Shown piece by piece: positions 1 to 11,300 of a DNA stretch of 64,000 nucleotides (position 1 is the stretch's first letter; every line of letters begins with the position of its first letter). The position numbers were made by a program, and so were the translations under genes. This DNA comes from Octopus bimaculoides (lineage: Eukaryota), in contig NC_068997.1 of NCBI RefSeq assembly GCF_001194135.2, forward strand, positions 9,005,244 to 9,069,243. Reading direction: 5' to 3'. The notes below the pieces were generated by a model. It was not told where the DNA came from. It did no database searches and worked only from the letters and a program-made list of their open reading frames with translations.

Positions 1-938
1 TATATATATATATATATATATATATGTCCATTTTCCATGCTGACATGGGTTAAATGGTTTGACAGGAACTGGCAAGTCAGGGAGTTGCACCAGACTCCAG
101 TTGTCTGTTTTGACATGGTTTCTATGGCTGGATACCCTTCCTAATGCCAACAATTTTACAGAGTGTACTGGGTACTTTTCACGCGGCACTAGCACTGGCG
201 CTTTGTGCATGGTGCCAACACAGGCGAGTTTTACATGGCATCAGCAGAGAGAAAGGGAACTGTAATATAGGTTAGCTGAATTGTATAACACTGCCACATT
301 TGTCTCAATGTTTTAAACTTCTAAGGCAAAGCTTTCGAAAACCTGATCTTTTCAATCCTCTGCTTTTTTCTTGATCTTTTTCTATTCTCACAAGTTTGTA
401 AAAGTTCAACTAGTTTGTTGAACTAGTTTGTTGAACTAGATTCTGTAAAGATGAGTGAAGCGCTGTGAATTCTGTAATCATGTGTGGAACATTTATAATA
501 TAATGCAAGCTTGAACATAATTTCAAAACATAAACATCATGTATTTAAATGACAGCTTGCTTTGTTTATAAACAGTAGAGCCAACAACAAGGGAAACTCT
601 ATGCAGTCACTCAACCTGCTAGGAATAGCAGCCAAATCTCAGTAAAAATTCACATCCTACCATCAAAGGAAAGAACACATTAATAATGTTTCTAGGTGCA
701 CTGAGAACAGAAAAAAGATGGGATGGTCACACCTGGAATATTTATGATCATAAATCTGCTCAATTAAAGCTGGCTAGTGCTGAACAGCAGCAACAACGGT
801 GCTTAAAAGAATGTAAAATAAAATTATGCAGCAATGCATTGATAGTGCACCTCAGATAGAGAATCTTGATGCAAACCAAAGTCTCATCTCTAACAGTCAG
901 TTAAGCTTTTTGATGAAACAAAGAAATTTTTGAATTAC

Positions 939-1016
939 CTTCGAAGGGAAAATTCACTGCTAAGGTCAACTAATTTTAAAATCTCTGACAAAGATAATCT
1001 CCAAGATTCTCTCCAT
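939..1016 (-). CDS. FCSK: FCSK coding exon (last one recognised in window)
   Basis: (K)WRESWRLSLSEILKLVDLSSEFSLR(R); tttcag/GTAATT. Confidence 0.9.
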
Positions 1017-3346
1017 CTGAAACAGTGAAGAATTGATAAATAAAAAAGTTAAAAAAACAGAAGAAAATGTATGTCTTTACAATTCTTCTAATTCAACAAG
1101 TGACTATACTAGATAATAATAATAATGATAATAATAATGATAATAATAATCTTTTCTACTAAAGGCACACGGCCTGAAATTTGGGGAAGGGGATAGTTGA
1201 ATATATTGACCCCAGTGCTTAATTGGCACTTAATTTATCAACCCCGAAAGGATGAAAGGAAAGTCAACCTTGGTGGAATTTGAACTCAGAACATAAAGAT
1301 GGAAGAAATACCACTAAGCATTTTGCCTGGCATGCTAACGACTCTGCCAGCTCACCACCTTAATAATAATCATCCTTTCTACTATAGGCACAAGGGCTGA
1401 AATTTTGGGACCAGTCGATTACATCGACCCCTAGTGCGTGATTGGTACTTAATTTATCGACCCTTAAAGGATGAAAGACAAAATCAATCTCAGCGGGATT
1501 TGAACTCAGAACGTAAAGACAGATGAAATGCTGCTAAGTATTTCACCCAGTGTGCTAATGATTCTGCTAGTTCACTGCCTTAACGATAACGGTAATAATG
1601 AACTTATTGTATACAGTGCTCAGGTGCACTACAACTCATTAGAAAAAAGTAGCCAAAAGTGCATGAACAGTACATAGAATAATGCACAAGAAGTGAACAG
1701 TGAAGGAGTCATTTAAAAAAAATGGTGGGAGGTGCACATCAGGAATATTGCTGGTGAATTTCAGGAAGCATGGACATTTTGAAGGATGTAGTGTCCCAAC
1801 AGCTAACAACTAATGCGGGTAGTTCATTCCATGCTTCAATTCCCTTTTAATGAAATCTCACTCATACTATTAGTAGAATTATTAACCAAGACATGTCAAA
1901 TATAACTTTCAGAATATTTGTCTCCTTTCCAGAACCTCACAGAAAAATTTGTGTCCCAAAACTCTGAAGTGTTAAAAATTCATTCTTTGCTAATTTTGAA
2001 CTAATACTGCTTCTATCACTAACTTTAAACACACTTAACTGTAAATATGTTGAAAACCTTTGAAACTGTGGTATTTGTTTTTGACACTATGTTTATAAGA
2101 GATACTTTTTCAAGACAAAGAAAAATATCAGTAGCAGGCAAAGGCCATCCATTGTTTGGTGGTGATTTTACTGGATCTAAATTTCTACTTGTTAGCTTCA
2201 TTGGTAATAAATATCCCTGTCACTTCATGTCAAGCAAGCATCAACTGCAACCTTTAAACAGTGACCGAAAGGTCACTGACACAGCATTTAGCTGGCAAGC
2301 AGAAGTCCAGATCCAACAATTTTATCACCAATGCTGTGTGACCTTCACATTATCTGCAGCTATTTTGGTGTTTTTAACACTTAAGTCTATAAGAGATAAT
2401 TTCTCAAGGCAAATATTGCAGTTTAAAAGGCTTTCAACCAACACACACTTACAGAGTATGAGATAGTGAGTTCAATTTTCAGACCAGGCTGTGTGTTGTA
2501 TTCTTGAGCAAGATACTTTATTTCATGTTACTCCAGTTCACTCAACTGTAGAAATGAGTTGCAATGTTACTGATGCCAAGATGTTATCGGCCTTTGCCTT
2601 TCCCTTGGACATCGGTGGCATGGAGAGGGGATGTTGGTACGCATGGGCAACTGCTGGTCCTCCATAAACAACCTTGTCCAGACTTGTGCCTTGGAGGGGA
2701 ACTTTCTAGGTGCAATCCCATGGTCATTCATGACCAAAAGGGATCTTGACCCTTTACAGATTGCTAATTCTAAAATTTTAATTGTTGTTTATCTCCAATC
2801 AATCCTAAAAGAACTGACCAAAGATAAAAAGCATTACAACCATGGTCATCTGATTAATTTTTCCGTGCATCTAAGAAACCCATTGTATATGTGTAAATAT
2901 GTGCCTGCATGTGTGTGTATGTGTTGTATTTTTGTGTCTGTGTTATTTCTCCACACCACCACCAACCACTTGACAGCCAGTCTTGGTTTGTTTACATCTC
3001 CATAACTTAATGATTTGAAAATAGAGACTAATAGAATAAGTATTACAGTTTTAAAAAATTGTATTGGGGTGTATCTCTGCTTGACTGAAACCCTTTAAGG
3101 TGGTGCCCCAGCATGGCTACAGTCCAATGATTGAGACTAGTAAAATTCATCTATTTATCTATCTATGTATAAAATCATTATTTAACGAAACCTTACTTCT
3201 TGGGAACTTCAGTTCCATCACAGCTTTCACCTAACAGCCACAGAATTTCTTTCATACCAACAGTTTCTTCATGGTGGAAAATAGGAAACAGCTTTGCAGT
3301 CCAAAGAACTTTTTTAGAAGAACCCTAAATAAAGAAATTTAAAGAT

Positions 3347-3381
<35 letters not shown>

Positions 3382-6300
3382 AGTTAAATATACAAGCAGA
3401 CCCCATGTTTATGAATTAATTTGTTCTTGACTAGATTTGTAAAGTGAAAAATTTGTATAGTGGGGTATTATCATCCATAGAACACAATGAATATACCCAG
3501 TGTGTGGCACCTTGGGCAAGTGTCTTCTACTAGGGCCTCGGGCCTAACCAAAGCTTTGTGGATTTGGCATATGGAAACTGAAAGCTGCCCATCAAATAAA
3601 TAAACAAGTGTGTGTGTTTGTTCCCCCACCACCACCGCTTGACAACCCTATAACTTAGTGGTTCAGCAAAAGATTCTGATAAAATAAGTACCAGGCTGAA
3701 AAAAAACCCCCAAAGTATTGGGATTGATTTATTTGATTAAAAAATTCAAGGCAGTGCTCCAGCATGGCTGCAGTCTAATGACTGAAACAAATAAAAGATA
3801 AAAGATCACAAAGTATTGAGAGCCAATGAAGGATCCTCCACGTAATCATTTAACATCTAATAAAAAGCAGCCAAAAAAAAAGCAATACATATGGAATAAT
3901 ATAGTTTCAGAAATTGATACCAGAAACATTTTCAGAGCAAATTAATACGGAATATAAATCAATAGTTATTTACATCAGAGGTGTTCCAAAGTTCTTCTTC
4001 TTTAATACCAGTCCTCTTCATAAAATCTTTCCACTTCTGGTTACAGAAGGTTGCATTCTCAGCATTCAAAGAACTCTGCAAGATTAACAGGTTCATTATC
4101 ATAGCTAATACACATAGATGCACATATTTATAACTTACAAACACAACAATTCTATTTTTTTGATAGAAGTTCAACATTGTTTATGTATTTGTTTTGTAAG
4201 AGATTCCTGATGAGAAATCACGTGTTGAAACAGATATTGTTATATTTCAGGATGACTTTTTTTTCTTTGCCAAACAAGCACATGTGTTATATATTCGTTC
4301 TTCACTTCAGACAAAGGAACAATAATAAATCTGAAATCTTTGGAACACATTTTGTAACCTCTTCAGTGACTCTCCATCCCACAATAGAACAGGAAGAGAC
4401 ACATGGGATGGAGAGTTGCTGAAGAGGTTACAAGAGGTGATGAAAGAATTCAGACAAAGGACACTTAAATAAAAGCAATAATAAATCTGAAGTGAAGAAC
4501 AAATATAAAGTGCATGTGCTTATTTGGCAGAAAAAAAAAAAAAAANNNNNNNNNNNNNNNNNNNNNNNNNNNNNNNNNNNNNNNNNNNNNNNNNNNNNNN
4601 NNNNNNNNNNNNNNNNNNNNNNNNNNNNNNNNNNNNNNNNNNNNNAGGTCATATTGAATGTAAAAAACTAAAGTTACTTTAAATTCAGAAAACATTAAAG
4701 TATTAAGAATCATAAAACAAGAGATATACTCCAAGTAATTTGAGTCTCGGTCATGGAGAAAGGAAAGCATGTTCGTTTTCAGATGTGATGAGAAGTTTCC
4801 AAAGACGAAGAAAAAAGTATTACAAGCTTCAACATGCAATAGTTTATTGTATTGGGTACAGTGTTGTAACCCAATGCTGACCCTGCTACTGTTTTGATCT
4901 ACTTCCTATCTTAAAAATTGCATGAATTAACAGAAAGGAAAAATACACAAAAATAAGTTTATAAACTATAAAACCACCCCCTCCTTTGAGGTCTTAGTCT
5001 TGCGAGGTACCTCAATAGTGCCAGTGGCATGAAAAAAAGCACCCTGTACACTCTGTAAAGTGGTTGGCATTATGAAGGGCATCCAGCTGTAAAAATCATA
5101 AGGAAACAGATACACAAAGCAACCCCTGGATCCATCAGATCCTGTCAAACCATTTAACCCATGCCAGCATAGAACAAGTGCTGCTTCCGATGAAGATAAG
5201 GATGAAGTTGTGTATATACAAAAGTTACTTTAGTAAAAAGCTTGTTATTCACATATTCAGGACCAAAGGGAAAAAAAGCCAAGAAAGCATTGTTTAAAGT
5301 TAAGTGTTTTTCCTCACAGTTGTTTATATAACACCAAAGACAGACGGCAAACCAATGGTCACTTTATGAAGATGGACAGAGCAAAGACAGCTCCTTTCTA
5401 GTAACTTCAACTATTAGACTAGCTACTTACATTTGAAAGATCCAAACGGAGGCCATTACATAGGGAATTGTTGCCAATTTGAATTTTGCCATCCAAATAA
5501 CAATTAATCAACACCGACTTTTCTCCAACTTCAACGTTCTTTTGAATGACACTGTTGATGAGTGTGCTAGTTTCACTGATGTCTGCTTCAGACTGTAGAC
5601 AAACCAGAGATTTAAGATAATAAATAAAACATACATAATAGACTGCAGTAAATACACAGAAAAATAAAGAGCATTTTTTTTTTCTTTAATTTTCTTTTTA
5701 ATTCACTGTTGTGAAATTCATAATTTTTTGGTGGGTGGGGTGTGTGAAACAATCTTTGCTCTTTCTATTGCTGACCATTCTAGCATGAGCAAGAGAGGTA
5801 CCTGTTGTGTATCTTGGGTACATCACATTGTTGTGTACCCTTGGGTACATCACATTGTTGTGTACCCTTGGGTACATCACAGTGTTTATTCTAAAGTTTG
5901 AATTTGTGACTGTAATGTGTGTGCGTGCCTTTTTGGGAGAAGCAGGCTGCATGAAATTAGGCATGCTATTCCTCAAGTCCCATGAATCACAGGTTGCTCA
6001 GGACCGGTTTATATATTCTGGTGCCACATACAATACATTCCGAATTCTGGCTCCCAAACATGTGTCCTCTCTTTGCCTTTTCTGCAGCTACCACAGTGAC
6101 CTCTGCTCCTTGTATCTGATTGATTACATACCACCTCCACTCAGCAATTTCTGAGTTACTTGTCTCTTCTCTCATTAACCACCTTTTTCTTTTATCAAAA
6201 TAATTTTACCATTATTAATGTAGCTTTTGGTTTAGAATAAAACAGAGTCCCTTGCATGAAGCTATGATAGAAGGCTTTAATTCAAATATGAATATTTTAG

Positions 6301-6882
6301 ACTAGTGACTTTGTATGACAGAAACAGGGTATCAGTTTCTGATGGAGTTAATCTCAAAAGGACTAATAATAATAACTTACATCAATATAAGAATGGGTGA
6401 TTTTGTGCCAAACCAAATTTCTTGACTGGGATTGAAGTGGGCAGTGGATGATCTGATTGAGGAAGTCTTGAGCTGAATTAGTCAGATAGAGGTATTGACC
6501 ACCTTCTATCACACCTAAAATATATATAATAAAAGATCAATATTTATGTTAATTATGTAATGCATCTTAATAAAATGAGTTAAATTAATAATAATGATTA
6601 AAAATGAGAATAGCCATTTATGTATCATACTTTATGTAAATACATCATAGTAGATAAATTTACTGCAACATCTGTCTGAAATAATCTCTCTTATGGACGT
6701 TACATGATTAAAACCACAATACATGTCAGATAATATATTTAAAGACACTTGCCAAGGTGCAATAGAGTGCCCACTCAGAATCGCATGATTGCAGAGTGAA
6801 TTTCTTAACCACATGACTATACCTGCAACTATGTGTGTGTGTGTGTATTTCCTTCTCTTTCCCTCTCACATATGCATATATA

Positions 6883-6917
<35 letters not shown>

Positions 6918-7125
6918 TTGAAATTTACAGAAAAAACAAGACGAAACAGGTGTATGAACAACAAGCAGGTGTATTAGTTTGATACTTGGAAAAGTGAGAA
7001 AGTCTTTTACATTTCGAGCCTACGCTCTTCAACAGAAAGGAATTAGAAAAAATAAACAGAGAGAGAATAAAAAAAAAACTTGTGGATTTAGTGATCAAGT
7101 AATGGCGACTGATTGGGAAAAAACC

Positions 7126-7195
<70 letters not shown>

Positions 7196-8255
7196 TTTTT
7201 ACTTGCTTCAGTCATTGGACTGCAGCCATGCAGGGGGGCACTAACCTTGAAGGGTTTTAGTCAAACAAACCAACCCCAGGACTTATTTTCAAGTCTGGTA
7301 TTTACTCTATCATTCCTTTTAGCCAAACCACTAAGTTACAGGGATGTAAACAGACCAATACTGGTTGTCAAGTGGTGTGGTGGGACAAACACAAACAGAG
7401 AGAGAGAGAGAGAGAGAGAGGTGGGTATAACTTACTAAAGGGTCAGTGAGTAGTATTTGTTTGCCAAACAGGCAGACAAAATTGTGCATTAGCTGAGTGC
7501 AAAATTCAACAACTGAGTTTAGGACCATAGATTCAGTTGTACAGTAAGTGCACAAGTACCAACTCACTCCAAAATAAAAGAATTTAAAAAAAAGAAATTG
7601 CAAAGTGAAATAGTTGATACTTACAAGTCATTATTTTTAAACTATTTAATTCATTCCACAAAATTTGACGAACTTCTTTAGCGTTTTGCCAATCTCCACT
7701 TCTGTCCTGATTGACAGGAAAGTCTTTAAAAGAATGAACTCTTTTCCCAGATACGAAATCTTCTTCTGTTATATTGGTAGCCATTGGCAGCAGCACATCA
7801 AAGAAGAGGGACAACTGAAAATCAAGTAGAATACCTTTAATTAGGGTCTTTTTATTTGTCAATTAACTTTGTATACATATGGTAATGGTGCCATGTAAAA
7901 AGCACTGGTTTGATGATGATGATGATGCTCATTTACAACCATCAAGTAATGCCAAGGACACACACACACACGCACATGTGCGTGATGGGCTTCTTTTAGT
8001 TTCCATTTACCAAATCCACTCATAAGGCTTTGGCAGCCCAAAGGTTTTAGTAGAAGATAAGAAGACATTTGCCCAAGGTGCTACACAGTGAAACTGAACC
8101 AAAGACCACATGATTGGGAAGCAAGATTCTTAACCACACAGCATGGTTGCATGGCTACAAAAAGCAAGATCTTGCAAAGGAGTGGTGAGAAACAAATAAG
8201 TAAAAAATAATAACATTTAAGAAGTGCTTCATGTGTCAAATGCTCTTACATATAC

Positions 8256-8302
<47 letters not shown>

Positions 8303-11300
8303 GGGGTACTTTAATGACGCTTATACCTGTTTTGGCGTTTGTCCACTATCAAGGCCAATGTAAGTGCAGCCGTCTAATGGAGGTTTCACATGAAATGAAA
8401 GAATCTTTTCTGCCACATTCTGTTTGAAATATAACAAACCAGTAACCTGTAGGAATATAGAATAGAATAACTGTTAAATCAATATCCCAGTAACCTGTAG
8501 GAAATACAGAGTATAAAGTCATAAATGACAAGAAAATTGTTTGATGAAATTTTATTTAACAATAAGAAATTTCTAATATCGTGACAAATTGTTTCATAAC
8601 TTAAAAAAACATGTAAATAATTTATATCATTATATTTAATAATAAATGAATTACTTACATGTCTGCATTAATGCAAAATACAAAATTCCTTCAAAATAAT
8701 GCAGAATTTAATCTATACACATGTCACATACAGATATAGAAATAGAGGCTTTTATTGATGGGTAAATTTATCACACATGGTTGGATTGATTTAACGTGAC
8801 AAAGAAAGGAGAAGAGATCACAGAGTAAGAAATAAAAATACAGAAAGAGAATATGTGGTTAGAACAGGTATTATAAAGGTTTGTTTCTTTGGTAATAACT
8901 TACAATTAATGGATTTTCATTTGGGCCAATATATTTCAAAATCTCGTTTTCATCAACTTTATAAAGGATGTCCTCAACGAAGCCCTATAAAAGGAAAAAA
9001 AAGACAAAGTAAATATAACAGTGAAGGAAAATCAAACAAAAATAAATAGAAACTTATTCAATTACATATTTTTAACATCCATTTTTCCATGCTTGCATTG
9101 GTCAGAGGAAATTGGATGAGGCAGATTTTTCTACAGTTGGATGCTCTTTCTGTCACCAACCCTCACCTGTTTCTAAGCAAAGTAATATTTCTCTTAGTCC
9201 TGTGAATATGAAATGCATGATAGCTGTGGATAATGTAGTCCTAGATACGTAATGCCAACTATGGGTGGGATGCTTTTGATGATAGGCCAGCTCAGTGACC
9301 TGTGAAATCGAGCTATTGACAATGCCTCATCCCCTGTTTGCCATTCACTGCATCACCTATATCCCTTTTGGTCACCTCAAACTCTTTCAAATTTACCTGA
9401 TTCTCTGTTCCTATTCCCCCCACCTGTTCCTCAGTCTGCATCCCCTTCACGTTCACCATCTTGTACCATGAAGCTACATCCAGAAACTTCTGTGTCAATA
9501 CTTTCTTTTTCCACAGGGGTAGCCAGATATATCCCCTACAGCTAGACACCTGTTCCTATACCTCTATCATACTCTTGCCTCTCAACACCTGACATAAGCA
9601 ACCTCCCTCAATGTTACACCCTGTCCGATCAAGGGGGTCTTGTTTTGAGAGTTACTCAGGTACCATACTAGTGCTGGTGACATAAAAAAGCACCCTGAAC
9701 ACACTGTGAAGTGGTTGGCATTGGGAAAGGTACCCACAATGCCAAAGCAGGCCTTCGAGCTCAACACAGTCCGTTGACTGGTCAGATTCTTTGAAACTAC
9801 AACTCATGCCAACATGGAATACAGGAAAAATGATGATGAAAAATAGGTTACTATCACAAGATCAAGCCATTATTGTTGTTGCTGTTACTTAACCCAAGGT
9901 CAGTTATAAGGATGCTATTTTTTTCTTTCTATAAAGTCTATCTAGAACTACATTATTTAATGTATCTGTCATTTTTAAGACAGTAGGATGATAATTTGAG
10001 GGAGATTTGGTTGCTATTTGTAGCAGACTGAACCACTACAAGAAGCTCCTTTGTAGATTCATTACGGCTTAAAGCAAGGTATTAGAAAGGTCATCCAAAT
10101 GTAAATTAAAGAAATATTCTTTTTATTCTTTTACTTGATTCAGTCATTTGATGGTGGTCAAGCTGGAGCATTGCCCCGAGGAGTTTTAGTCAAACAAATT
10201 GACCCCAGGATATTTTTTAAGCCTAGTACTTATTCTATCAGTCTCTTTTGCTGAACTGCATAATTATGGGGATGTAAATACACCAACACCGGTTGTCAAG
10301 TGGTGATTGGGGGGTGGGACAAACACACACACACATAGATATATACATAACTATATATGATCGGCTTCTTTCAGTTTCTGTCTACTAAATCCACTCATGA
10401 GGCTTTGGTCGGCCCGAGGCTTTGGTCGGCCCGAGGCTTTGGTCGGCCTGAAGCTTTAATATAGAAGACACTTGCCCAAAGTGCCATGCAGTGGAACTGA
10501 ATCCAAACCCATGTGGTTGAGAAGCAAGCTTCTTACCATATAGCCACACCGGCACTTATATTTGCAACCAAATTTATCAAGAACTATGACTATCACTTAA
10601 TGATAATGGATAGATGGTAGTCATCAAAGAAATATTGAAGACAAATGGCAACAGCAACCAGTGAAGACCTGCAGTAGATGATAAAACTGGAAGATAAGAT
10701 GATAGATAATAACCACTGAGGTCCAATAGCCGAAGGTAAGGAGTACAGAAATGTTGATGGCGAGGAGTACAGAAATGTTGATGGCGAGGAGTACAGAAAT
10801 GTTGATGGCGAGGAGTACAGAAATGTTGATGGCGAGGAGTACAGAAATGTTGATGGCGAGGAGTACAGAAATGTTGATGGCGAGGAGTACAGAAATGTTG
10901 ATGGCGAGGAGTACAGAAATGTTGATGGCGAGGAGTACAGAAATGTTGATGGCGAGGAATACAGAAATGTTGATGGCGAGGAGTACAGAAATGTTGATGG
11001 TGAAGAGTACAGAAATGTTGATGGTAAGGAGTACAGAAATGTTGATGGTAAGGAGTACAAAAATGTTGATGGTAAGGAGTACAGAAATGTTGATGGTAAA
11101 GAGTACAGAAATGTTGATGGTAAGCAGTTGATAGTAACCTATGGAGGATTGTTAACAGTAAATGATGGATGGTATAGATAATTATGCATAGAAATGAGAT
11201 AGATAACTTACCTGGGAATCTGTCTTGTATATACCATGGTCTTTGCAGTATGAAACACTACTTGGAAATGTAACAGCACAAACATCTGCATCTGTCCATT

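Noticed and set aside
404-439. GTTCAACTAGTTTGTTGAAC repeat/palindrome
   Set aside because: Short 13-bp slippage duplication with no further context.
2047-2466. 139-aa plus-strand ORF and LRR-like CLEKLSL motifs on minus
   Set aside because: No homology recognised; the minus frame has several stops; no consistent splice sites.
4465-4910. Minus-strand open frame as the missing FCSK exon
   Set aside because: Weak acceptor, no matching donor, and no convincing similarity to the expected residues.
10593-11131. 155-aa and 126-aa repetitive ORFs; superficial CRISPR-like array
   Set aside because: Contiguous 24-bp units with no unique spacers, no cas genes, eukaryotic intron; the open frames follow from the unit sequence.
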